A DNA stretch of 64,000 nucleotides from contig OZ024742.1 of NCBI GenBank assembly GCA_964016885.1, positions 350,734,001 through 350,798,000 on the forward strand, given 5' to 3'. Below the pieces are notes generated by a model. That model ran no database searches, was not told the origin of the DNA, and saw only the letters and a list, made by a program, of their open reading frames with translations. Every line of letters begins with the position of its first letter. Position 1 is the stretch's first letter. A program made the position numbers and the translations under genes. This stretch comes from Eledone cirrhosa. Its lineage: Eukaryota. Below are positions 1 through 12,120 of the stretch, one piece after another.

Positions 1-848
1 CACCGTGACTATACTACCGTCACCGTAACTATACCACCGACCTAACTATACTACCGTCACCGTAACTATACCACCGACACTAACTATGCCACCGACACCG
101 TGACTATACTACCGTCACCGTAACTATACCACCGACACTAACTATACCACCGACACCGTAACTATACCACTGACACCGTGACTATACCACCGACACTAAC
201 TATACCACCGACACCGTGACTATACCACCGACACCATGACTATACCACCGACACCGTAACTATACCACCGACACCGTAATTATACCACTGACACCGTGAC
301 TATACCACCGACACCATGACTATACCACCGTCACCGTAACTATACCACCGACACTAACTATACCACTGACACCGTGACTATACCACCGTCACCGTAACTA
401 TACCACCGACACTAACTTTACCACCGACACCGTGACTATACCACCGACACTAACTATACCACCGACACCGTGACTATACCCCCGACACCGTATCTATACC
501 ACTGACACCGTGACTATACCACCTACACTAACTATACCACCGACACCGTAACTATACCGTCGACACCGTGACTATACCATCGACACTAACTATACTACCG
601 ACACCGTAACTATACCACTGACACCGTGACTATACCACCGACAGCGTAACTATACCACTGACACCGTGACTATACCACCGACACCGTGACTATACCACCG
701 ACACCGTGACTATACCACCGACACCGTGACTATACCACCGACACCATGACTATACCACCGACACCGTGACTATACCACCGACACCATGACTATACCACCG
801 ACACCGTGACTATACCACCGACACCGTAACTATACCACCGACACCGTA
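1..848. repeat. ~20-bp minisatellite (caccgacaccgtgactatac variants)
   Basis: About 40 tandem units with 18/20-bp variants; the array runs off the window start. Confidence 0.95.
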
Positions 849-984
849 GTATAGTTTGTTTTACTGAGTTAGATATTGGATGCGGTAAGTTTCGACTTTT
901 CTCAAATGGCTTCAAGAGACAACTTTCAAATCAGAAAATGGGTGTTGATAGATAAGCAGATCGAGTGACAAGTCAGTCAATCAT

Positions 985-1295
985 ATTGGTGGTCTCCTCA
1001 CAGCCGCGGAGGACAGAATGGAGAAGGCGTTTCTCCGGAGGACGGCAAGGGAGACGCGCTGGAAAAGCAATTGCAGTTCGCGAGGCTCACACCTGCGGCT
1101 GGCCAGCTCAGCGCCTATGGTGATGAGTAGGGAGGTAGCCTAGGACCAAGGACACCAGAAGTCTCCACTGCCAAGGGTACAACAGCAAACCTGTTGGAGA
1201 GCGACCGGTATTTGAAGAGTTTGGCCTCCTCAGCCCGACCTGCAGCAGAACCTGGGTTAGTCGCAGACTGCACCAGTTTGCGGCTGGAGAAATGG
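985..1295 (-). mobile_element. 3' fragment of a CRE-clade non-LTR retrotransposon (RLE C-terminus)
   Basis: Minus-strand translation gives RFAVVPLAVETSGVLGP...LFQRVSLAVLRRNAFSIL, matching the CRE-type QRxSxxxxRGNA C-terminal motif; homologous to 47850-48160. Confidence 0.7.
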
Positions 1296-2397
1296 GTGTT
1301 GATGGGGGAACTAGTCACTAAAGAGGAAAATCAATAGCAAGTTGAAGTAAATATTTAAATGTGTCCCGTCGCTGACCTCCATGTTAACGCTATCGTTATT
1401 CATTCAGTCCGTTTGGACTAAGAAGCGGATTGCCCTCGGAGTTCTGCACACCAGGCTCATATCATTGGGGAGGCTGAGATGAAAGTTACTGAATGTCGTT
1501 AGCCCCAGGGAATACTATATATAACGTATAAATAAAACATGAAAAAATTTGAAAAATATTGGACAATCAAAGCAAAAGTGTTTGGAGTAGAAATTTGTTG
1601 AAACGCATGGGGAATATTCCAAAATAATATTGAAGTAGGCTAGTTTGACAGAACGGATGATTGCTATATAGTCTTGTAAAATAAGAAGGTGCTTGATGTT
1701 GGATGTATGGTTCAAAGAAATATCTCCCGTAATTGGATTTTTTGAAATGTATATTCCTTCACTAGATATTGAATTCCTTTAAAAAAATCTCATCGATATT
1801 GCAAAGATTTTATATAACTTCAAAATCAGACTCTCAACTCTAGTGAGGGAGAGTGTTTTGTTTGACAATCAAAACAACTTTCAATTATTGATCAGTGACG
1901 TATTTTTCAAGTGAAAGAATTTCATTCTGTCTGTCAAATACGAATAAAGAAGGATAACAAAACAAAATGTCGAGGTTCCTATGACCCAGACAAAAGAAAT
2001 AGTCAACAATGGAATCACGTGATAGTTGGATGAATTTAAAGGCACCTTCCATCAAACTATTTAATTGGGTGGTTTTTGTGTAATAATTGTAATACTTATA
2101 TAATACCGAAATAATAAATAGAATACAACCAATCGAATGAATGTATTCCTACACACAGCTAGACACACACGTACACTCACATACACACACACACGCACAC
2201 ACATACACACACACACGCGCGTATATAGTATATACAGAGATGCACAGAGTGATATAAATATATGGTTGATTCGATTCTTTGTATGTGTCTATATGTTTGA
2301 GTGTGGGGTTGTGTGATTGTAAACTCATTCATGTTCAATTTATCTCGTTCCCGAATTCGTTGTGTATAGAAACAAACATATGTATATATATATACAG

Positions 2398-2465
<68 letters not shown>

Positions 2466-2529
2466 TTATCTATTCTTTTACCTCTTCCAGCCTTTCAGCT
2501 GAGGCTATGCTCGATATATATATATATAT

Positions 2530-3322
2530 ATCTTTTTAACCTGTTAGTATTTTCGTTGCTATGGTAATGTGCGTTGGTCCTACCACAATGTTCAATTTGT
2601 CAAGCTATTTAAACGTATGTTGTTACTTTAAGGACCTACCCTTATTGAGTGCTTTGCTAACACATTAATATTGTAGGTCGACTTTTGCTTGTTCACAGCC
2701 AAAGCTTCCACATGTATTATTTCTCCTAGATTGAATAATTAACTAATTAATTTAATTAGACAATTCTGTTGATTGGTTAATTATTTGTGTTTGTTTAATC
2801 ACATCTGGTTGAGAGCTTTGTTCTGAATGTTAGCGGAAATTATAATATTTCCTTTGTTTAACACTTCGAATCTACCCGCCAAAACCGGGGGTTGCTTCCC
2901 TTGTTGGAAATAAGACGTGATAACTAAATGTACGTTTAGCTTGCTCATAGCAGCAGCATTTAGAATCCACCTCGCATTTGGACAGAACGGAACTCCTGTT
3001 GATGAAATGAATCCTCTGTTCGATCATAAAATACCACGAGCGTGCCTGTTCCGTAAGTCGGATATTGGATTTTGGATTCACAGAAACACTTTAAACATTT
3101 ATCGTTTAATTTGTCCAGGTTTATCTTTTTTAACCTGTTAGTATTTTCGTTGCTTTGGTATTGTATGTTGGGTTTTGCCTACCACAATGTTCGATTTGTG
3201 AAGCTAATTATACGTATGTTACTCTAAGGACCAACCCTGATTGAGTGCTTTGCTAAATTATTCATATTGTAGGTCGACTTTTGCTTGCTCACAGCCAAAG
3301 CTTCGATTTTACTAAGCTTCCA
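2530..3322. repeat. Pair of ~185-bp diverged direct repeats (about 2530-2713 and 3122-3322)
   Basis: Both run from tttttaacctgttagtattttcgttgct to cacagccaaagcttc; the whole is flanked by (TA)n. Confidence 0.8.
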
Positions 3323-3325
3323 CAC

Positions 3326-3384
<59 letters not shown>

Positions 3385-3440
3385 TAATTATAATATATAT
3401 ATATAATTATAATATATATATATAATTATATTCTGTTTTT

Positions 3441-3520
<80 letters not shown>

Positions 3521-3649
3521 AAAAACAGAATATAATTATTCCATTACAAAAGGTTTCAAGAAACTAGACGATTCTTACAGAAACGTCTAGCTCATTCCTC
3601 ATATGAATTAGTTATCTAGATAACTATTTCATCTCATATATGTAAATAA

Positions 3650-3826
3650 TTTAATATAGAAATGGCTTCTACAGGACTAGAACTGTTTAATTCGAAGGAA
3701 ATCATCAGGGATATATTTCTTTCAACCATACAAACCCAGTGAGGGAACGAGATGAATTTGCTGTTTACAACCTACTAATGTATTGAGTACCTTACTTACT
3801 GTGGTTAATCTCGATTCAACCCGGGC
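3650..3826. mobile_element. Rearranged PLE pseudo-LTR fragment with a degenerate HHR on the minus strand
   Basis: Homologous to 37013-37208 (ctacaggactagaactgttt...atcatcagg and gtattgagtaccttacttactgtggtt). Confidence 0.6.
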
Positions 3827-4497
3827 CTCGCACACACACACGCGCACACACACACACATATATATATGAGTGTGTGTGTTAATGATACCCCGATTCATTA
3901 GCTATCATGTCATCAACACGCAGTTTCATGAATGGAGAATTTACGGCAGACACGCAGATATAAACGATCCTTATTGATGTTTAATAATTTCGAATGTAGT
4001 GAGGTAAAAAGTTTGCAAAATTGTATCGAGGGATATTCGTTTAATGCATTTATTTAGTGAGAATGTAAGGTTCATCGATTATTTGGTAATCAATAAATCG
4101 ATGCTGTCTTCCTTATATTACCATGTGTAACCACGGGCCTACAAACAGTGCAATCCCGTTACACTCTCCTCATTCATCAAAACGTTCGTGGAACAAAATG
4201 CATCATTGACTTGCAAAACTTTAGAATATTATTGATACAGCGACTTCATATACTATAGGCTAAGCGCAGCATTGTCGAAAGATTAACTGGCTCGCTTCGC
4301 AATCATAAGGGCTAGAGCTCGATCCTATTGCATGGAGTCTTAGTTAAGTGTTTTGTATCTTCTCTCCGTGTCGATACTTGCCATGTAAGTGAAATTGGGT
4401 AGATGGAAACTGTTTGGAATCCCACTGTATAGGCTGTATCTACAATTCAGAGAGCCAGCCTTATTACAGATGCGCCAAGGTAAATCACTCTGATAAT

Positions 4498-4688
4498 AAT
4501 TGTTTCTACTTTTGGCACAAGGCCAGCAATTATCCCAGTGTATTACTGGTACTTTATTTTATTGACCCCGTAAGGATGAAAGGCAAAATTAACCTCGGTG
4601 GGATTTGAAGTTAGTTCATAAAGGGCTGTAACGCTTTGCTGCAAAGCATGGCGTCCGACCGTCTACCGATACTGCCAATCCACCGCCG
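4498..4688 (-). mobile_element. tRNA-derived SINE (Nin/Deu-domain-like core)
   Basis: Dispersed repeat with at least 9 copies in the window; A-box TGGCAGTATCGG, B-box-like TTCAAATCCC and core GCCTTTCATCCTTACGGGGTC. Confidence 0.8.
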
Positions 4689-5392
4689 TTATAATAATCG
4701 TCTAATAATAATGGTAAGGGTACATGTGTTTTCTTCTGAATTGTAAACAAGAAGTTACACATTGAAAAACATTGAATCCTTCATTCATTACAAGACTTAA
4801 AGATATCTTTCTTTATTTTATTTATTTATTTACAATATCTTACACCTTTTCATGAAAATGCTAATCATAATAACGCGAATAAAGTAGTTACATATTTCTT
4901 AACAGAAATTTAGACAAGGAGCACCAGCTGACAATTATATATTTAAACAACGAAAGTGATTTATTCCAATAATTGATGCGAATTTCACTTCATTAAGCTG
5001 ATTCAGAATGTAAGGCTTTAGCAGGAAATCAATCCTTTCACACAATTCAATAAACACTGAACTGAATGAACAACATAATCCCAGAAATACGAGAATTGCG
5101 TGTTGTCTGAATAAGCTTCAAAGGATGTCATGGAAATGTCCTCCCTAACTTCAAATGAACGTTAACCTATTCGATAGAAATGGATACACATGATTTAGGA
5201 AGATTTTTATAAGTACATATAAGATAGAAAATAGTTTTTTCAGAAACTCTTAAATAAGTTACCATTTACGAAGAGAGGTTAAACAGGGCCCTTATATAAA
5301 GCTTCATAGACAATTTTAACAATGCTATAATGAACCGTTATCTGTACAGTTAGAAAAATACATTATATAATGTACTGAAATATTGCCCTCAA

Positions 5393-5514
<122 letters not shown>

Positions 5515-5645
5515 GTGAGGGTTTTTTTACAAAATGAAAAATAACCGAGGTGTCCTACACGAGTGGAAGTATAACAAAAAAGGGATGAAATCGAAAATGC
5601 AACTGAAGTCTTATTTTTTTTTAAAATATATATATTTATTTGGTT

Positions 5646-5683
5646 CCTTTACCGGTTTCGCAGTTCTTCTGCTTTTCAAAAGG
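5646..5683 (-). ncRNA. Minimal type I hammerhead ribozyme, U3-A8 variant
   Basis: CCUU UUGAAAA GCAG-aagaa-CUGC GAAAC CG GUA AAGG; stems I, II and III all pair. Confidence 0.8.
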
Positions 5684-6258
5684 TGAGTTGAGATGGATGG
5701 TCTGTGGTTTTTCTCACATATATATATCAAAGAAGAGAGAAATAGGACGAAGGTAAACAGTTACAAAAGAATTTAATCCACGTATTAACAATTGTTTCAT
5801 CACAATTTCAGTCCATTATTGTAACACTATGTAATAATAGGCAATCAAGAAAGATACTGTAGCATCCGAATTTTCAAAATACAAAGTTGGAATGACCTTA
5901 GGAAATGAAATAAGGGGTAGTAGTGTAAGATAGAGGAACAGAGAGAGAGAGGGGCAAAAGAGGGAGAGAGAGAGAAAAGGGATGGAGGTAGGGAGAGAAA
6001 GAGAAAGAGATAGGGTGGTGTGAGAGGATTTGTATAGAATATAGTTAAGTTACAAGAAGGGAGGGGGAGGAGGGTTGTGTGCTAAAAGTTGTGATGAGTA
6101 GAGGGAGAGAGAAGGAAGATATAATTTTAAGTGGCATTTGATAGTGAACAGGCGAAAGACTTACCAGAGAATAGATGAAGGAAGAAAGTATTAAATTTCA
6201 TATATAGTCTATTTTTAGGAGTGTGGAATTGTTATTTAGGGTAGAAAGATAGGTAGTG

Positions 6259-6648
6259 TTAAGATTTAGTTGAAGGTTTGAAGTGTGAGAATTTCGCTTT
6301 CAGTTTATGCTGGCAAAAAATTGACCTTTCAATTTTGTTGTTTAGTAGTTGGTGGCTTGAGCTTAGGATATGGAAGATCTCATTATTACACAACGGGCAC
6401 GTTTTCATCCCACTCCAGTATGGAGGAGCATGTGAGAGTTTGGTCCATTTAAGGGTGTATTGTCGGTTATTTCCTTTTAAGTGCCAAATTTTGTCGGCGA
6501 GAGTCGTTACGTAACGGTGTTGGTGGTGCTTTATTGCGTAACGATGCGTGTACCAACGAGTTTTGAAGGTGTTTGCAGTGCTGCCTATGTATTGCCAGGT
6601 TTGGTTGCCCGACTCAACCGAGCACCGGTACACTAGGTTTGAATGCAA
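6259..6648 (-). pseudogene. GIY-YIG endonuclease domain of the PLE
   Basis: LVY...YIG motif and C-terminal CxxC; preceded by an in-frame TGA and an upstream frameshift. Confidence 0.85.
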
Positions 6649-6993
6649 TCATTCGTTATTCAATGGACAAGTCTCTGGAAGGTGGCAATTACAATTTCTG
6701 TTATGGGCAGTGGTGGAGTTATAGGTGGGCTGGATGTGTGTGTGAGTGTGTTTTGTGCATACTGTTTGTTAGTGGGTGGTTGTGTATTAGGTGTATTATT
6801 GTGTTGAGTGATTGGGGTGTTGTTGTTACGGATTTTTTTGCCGTTGAGCATCTTAATGTGTGCGTCTAGGTTTGGTGCAGTGGAATAAGATAGTCTAATT
6901 GTTTTGGTATTAAGTATACAACTATATTTATGTGAATTTGGAAAGTGTTTTTTTAATAATTTTGTAGAATGTGGAAGGTAAGGAGTGGTAGTT

Positions 6994-7038
6994 AGCATTG
7001 ATAAGCTTCAACAAAAGCGAAACAAGGCCTTGTCGGCT
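6994..7038 (+). ncRNA. Minimal hammerhead ribozyme (U3-A8 variant), copy 1
   Basis: AGCA UUGAUAA GCUU-caacaa-AAGC GAAAC AAGGCCUU GUC GGCU; stem III is palindromic. Confidence 0.75.
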
Positions 7039-7310
7039 TATCTCCCCTGTTTGCTGAGATTAAAGTAAGTGAATTTGTCACTACTCTAAAACAATAGCAT
7101 ACGGTCTTCAAAATGCTTTTAATTAAGCATAAAGTGTATTGCAAAATACATTATATATACATCCATATATATATTGCTATTTCAGAGCTCCAATTCTAAT
7201 TTTTTATTTCTGCCTGACCAACAATCGCTCTGTATAATCAGTTCCTGATTATTTACTAGAATTCTATAAGAATATAACATCAGTAATCTCAGTAGACAGG
7301 AGGGGTAGTT

Positions 7311-7355
7311 AGCCTTGATAAGCTTCAACAAAAGCGAAACAAGGCCTTGCCGGCT
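7311..7355 (+). ncRNA. Minimal hammerhead ribozyme (U3-A8 variant), copy 2, cleavage triplet mutated to GCC
   Basis: AGCC UUGAUAA GCUU...AAGC GAAAC AAGGCCUU GCC GGCU, within a ~190-bp direct repeat of 6981-7170. Confidence 0.7.
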
Positions 7356-7479
7356 TATCTCCCCTGTTTGCTGAGATTAAAGTAAGTGAACTTGTCACTA
7401 CTCTAAAACAATAGTATACGGTCTTCAAAATGCTTTTAATTAAGCATAAAGTGTATTGCAAAATACATTATATATACAT

Positions 7480-7510
<31 letters not shown>

Positions 7511-7513
<3 letters not shown>

Positions 7514-7700
7514 CGAAGGAAATGTGGTAAGGAACCAGGTGGCACATAACGCACCAAAGTACTCAATACCCGGGGTAGTAGAGTGGGTAATAGGAACAAG
7601 TAAGACCCCGACGGCTGAGCTCAAGCCGTTTCGACGGCTAATTCAGTCCAGAATTAGCCGTCGAAACGGCTTGAGCTCAGCCGTCGGGGTCTTATTTGTT

Positions 7701-7705
<5 letters not shown>
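7511..7705 (-). mobile_element. Tiny PLE-end insertion with a 54-bp fold-back palindrome
   Basis: Arms 7591-7644 and 7651-7704 with one mismatch; contains an HHR 3' half; its end is homologous to 20120-20212; flanked by (TA)n. Confidence 0.7.
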
Positions 7706-7746
<41 letters not shown>

Positions 7747-7922
7747 CACAGTTCAAGAGTAACCAATCTTAAAGAGAGAGATTGAGATAGTTGAGGAGAT
7801 ATGAGAGGAAAGATTGGTGAGTTAGAAGCCAAAGCGTAAAGGCATGTGCTCAATGTGCAATATGCAGTAGAAAGCAGCTAGGTGGCTGGGTTCATGCAGA
7901 GGTTAGGTGCGCAGAGCTGGAA

Positions 7923-10264
7923 ATATTCATTAGTTAAGCAAAACAAGACCAAAAATTTCACAAGGAAGACATTATTAAAAGATTGTCAACATATTTAGTT
8001 TGATGTAAGGAATGTAGAGAATAATAATAATAATAATATTAATAATAATAATGCCCGTTTACAATTGTTTCGCTACTCCATATAATATTTCTGGATCAGA
8101 TGACTATGTATCATAATTGATCTGGTTCAGTTGAAAATAATTAACATATTTAAAAAAAACAGAGTGGCTCATCGGAACTCAAAGGAATATAAATTAAAAT
8201 AATGTTACATAATATAATGTTCCATATATTAGTTTTTACTATGGTGCCTTTGTTTCATCAGCCATAATCAAGCAGTACTCATCTGTCGAGGCTGCATTGT
8301 GTGAGATCTGCCTATGGGTAACATGTTGGCTGCCAAAGGGCATATTTACCTTACTAATTAGAGGGTGGTTTCAGGGGAAGTAACTTCTCGAGAGATTAGA
8401 GATTGTGTGTATTTTATAGTTATGTGCTAGTATTTAAATTATTTAATTGAGAGACAATGTACGGGAGGTAACTTATAATTATCGAGTTGTTCATAGCAAT
8501 TTAACTTATTAGCTACAATTAGAGATGGGGCTACATGACTAAGTTAGGTCAAAAACTCTATTGGCGAAGGAATTAGCCCTTCGATGTTGACAGCTAATGG
8601 TTACCTCCGTGCTATCGTTAATTGGTAGAGGTCTTGATTGAGTTATGTAATATGCTTCCGTAACACAGAGATCACAAGATTTCCTTCGTCCATTGAACGG
8701 TTGAACCCTAGCCACGATATCCCATTTTAGTGAGTGTTGAACTTTGTTTAATTTAAGGTTTTTAATGAGCCTAGCTAGCGATGTCGAACATCTATTGCTA
8801 GGGTCTCGGAAGGAAAAAGTGTGCGCGTTATAGCGTACCTTAAAAGGGTTAGAGGTAGAATCGATATAAGAGCTGGTATTCGAAGCAGTCTCAACTGTGC
8901 ACCTATAGACTATGTTGGGTGTCAGGCAGTGTCGATTTAATGGGCATGCATTGGGGTACCGGCAGTTGCAGTTGCTTCTGTGGTTAGTGAGAGTAGGGTT
9001 ATTTAACCTAAGCAGTTGGTCCGTGCTAGAAGGATTAGATGGGGGAGCTGTGCTACTAGAGTAATTATTGGTGTAGTGGTGTGGTGTATTTGAAAGGCGT
9101 GGTGCTACCGCGGTGTGGGAGTTATAGTGTCTTAGCTTATGATGGTTACTGAACGCGATGTGGCTAGCTAGGTTAGGTGTAGTGGAGAATGAGATTTTAA
9201 TGTTGTTTTTATTAAAGAGTTTGTAATATCTATGGTTAGGGGGGAAGTGTTTGGATAGGATAGAGAAGAAGCGATTGGGGATATTAGTGGCTAGATTAGA
9301 TGAGAATGGTGGGTTAAGCCAGGTGATACTTCTAGGCCTATTCCTTCTAGGGGTTCTAGTGGCGTTGGTAGGGGCCTTCCTAGGGTTATTATTACCTGGG
9401 GGTTGTTATTTGTCATCCCATTTCTCATTCCTATTCTAGGGTTGATTCTTAGTTTGCTACTAGGAGTGGGGAGCAGGCCGCTGCCACCATTAAAGTTCCC
9501 TGTACAGGTGCTGTTACTGCTAAAATTCCGGCGAATCTGGCTATATGCTAAGGTATTTCTAGTTCTAGTGTTAAGTTTATTATGGTGAGTTGCTGTGTTA
9601 TGGCATTTTGGTATGTAATAAATTGATTGTTTATAACCAGATTCAGAGAGAGCCTTATTATAATATTGTGCGTGGTTTATAAATATCTCTTCATTTGCTG
9701 ATAGCATTGAGATCCTATAGGAGATAGATTTGATTACTGCTCTGATGACTGCCGGTGGGTGGTTAGAGTGTGGGCTAATATATGTGAGTATTTCGCCTGG
9801 TTTATGGTAAGGGTTATAAAGGTTATTGTTGAGATCAAGGGTGACGTCTAGGATGTTTACTACTTTATGGTTCAGCTCGATGGTGATAGATAGCCTCGAC
9901 AGATGAGTACTGCTTGATTATGGCTGACAGCTAATGAAACAAAGACACCATAGTAAAAACTAATATATGGAACATTATATTATGTAACATTATTTTAATT
10001 TATATTCCTTTGAGTTCCGATGAGCCACTCTGTTTTTTTTAAATATGTTAATTATTTTCAACTGAACCAGATAGTCATAGTCATCTGATCCAGAAATATT
10101 ATACGGAGTAGCGAGACAATTCTAAACGGGCATTATTATTATTATTAATATTATTATTATTATTATTCTCTACATTCCTTACATCAAACTAAATATGTTT
10201 ACAATCTTTTAATAATGTCTTCCTTGTAAAATGTGTGGTCTTGTTTTGCTTAACTAATGAATAT
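7923..10264 (-). mobile_element. 5'-truncated, degenerate Naiad-like PLE bracketed by ~370-bp inverted repeats
   Basis: Minus strand reads LSITIELNHKVVNILDVTLDLNN...HSNHPP...SYRISMLS and CNCRYPNACPLNRHCL..NIVYRC; inverted arms 7923-8293 and 9892-10264. Confidence 0.85.
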
Positions 10265-11440
10265 ATATATATATATATTTAATTTCAGTGAGAGTATCTA
10301 AAACGTCAGAATTGTGATTTATATATTTTCCGAATTAATATAATATACGCAATGTACTATTAAACACACCTTCTAGGCTATTTTCGATTATACGCATAGC
10401 TCTCCCAAAAACATATCAAAGTATATTAAAATATGTTTCCAAGTATGTTTTACAATAAAAAAAACACTATGAAACTCAATATTTTTTTTATTTTTGAGGA
10501 ATTGGTGGAATATTGTTTAAACATAGACATAATCACCCCCCCCCCCCCGCCACATATAAAGAGAAAAAAAAATAGAAATCAATAACATTTTCTTTCGCGT
10601 GGGAAAACCTTTGTATTTTGGTATGTTATAAAATATATCTATGGAAGAAACTTGTAAGTACTTTCCAGATTCTGTGATATCTTTAGTTTTATAAAGCAAC
10701 ACGTACGTTATTTTTTTGTCTAATAAATAAGTAATTTTTCTGTCGAAAATTACATTTCTAATAAGTGAAATATTTTAGCAAATAGTATGAAGTGTCAAAT
10801 TTTGTTGAAAATTAAAATTGAATATCATTAGTGAACGGCTAAACATAACGACAAACGTTAAAAAACGAGTTAGGTATTATGTAAATTAAATTGTTTGTCT
10901 AATAACATGAAAAATATCCGCCATCTCTTGGCACACTCCTCGGAACTTCCTTAGGAACTTACCCACGAACATACACTCACAATCATTTTTTGAACCACGC
11001 CACCTACATCCACACCACGTATAAACACCAACACACACGTGCGTACCCCCACATATACACAATCAGCCTCCGGAATCCTCCCCCACCCCTCTGACGCCTC
11101 CCCATCCACACGCACGCACACACCGACCTACATCCCACCCCACACAACACCTTTTCCTGAACATAGAACCTCGTTCTTCCCCCAAATCTCACATTCACAT
11201 AAACACACTCACACACGTACACAAACACCACCTTCAGCCCTCCCCGCTCGGACCCCCGGCCCCCGTCTCCCTACTACACCCGCCACCACCCCTACACGCG
11301 CCACACCCTTCCACCTCTTGTTTATCTTTATGTTTATTTTTATTATTATTTGTACCCCTTCCACCGTCCCCCCACTTTTTTCTAAGTGTCTCTCCATCAC
11401 TCCCCCACACACCCTCGGAATTCTCTTCCCACCCACTTCT

Positions 11441-11474
11441 CTCCTGAAGAAGGGCTTATGCCCGAAACGTAGTC
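11441..11474 (+). ncRNA. Hammerhead ribozyme-like motif in a probable PLE pLTR remnant
   Basis: CUGAAGA A GGGC-uuau-GCCC GAAAC GUA; stem I is imperfect. Confidence 0.6.
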
Positions 11475-11810
11475 CCCCCCCCACTCTCAAGAACGTGAAA
11501 CTAATAAACATTTGTTTGTACTGCCTCTCTGTTTTCGTTCCCGTCCCAGTTTCCACTATATATATATAGAGAGAGAGAGATAGGTATATGTATGTGTGTG
11601 TACGTGTGTGTGTGTGTGTACGTGTGTGTGTGTACGTGTGTGTGCAAAAATATGTATATATATTAATTTTGGTAATGCTAAATAGTCAGTAATGTTACGC
11701 TGGAGTTTCGTCTTTCTAATAAATTGAATATTAAAACACTACACCGGTATTGAGTACTTTTTTCTCGCAACTGTCAATGACATACGTATATATATGTATA
11801 ATCCGATAAT

Positions 11811-11849
<39 letters not shown>

Positions 11850-11939
11850 TGTAAGGGGTCTATTACCATGAAATAAGGACGGTATATTCCATGATAAAAT
11901 ATATTTTAGGCCGGTGTGCAACCCACCAATGTTGATTAT

Positions 11940-12120
11940 AATTATTTCTACTTTTGGCACAAGGGCAGCAATTATCCCAGTGTATTGCTGGAACTTTATT
12001 TTATCGACCCTTTAAGGATGAAAGGCAAAGTTAACCTCAGTGAGATTTGAACTCAGACCGTATAGGGTCGTAACTCTATGCTACAAAGCTTGGCGTCCCA
12101 CCCACTACCGATACTGCCAA
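11940..12120 (-). mobile_element. tRNA-derived SINE
   Basis: Same family as 4498-4688. Confidence 0.8.
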
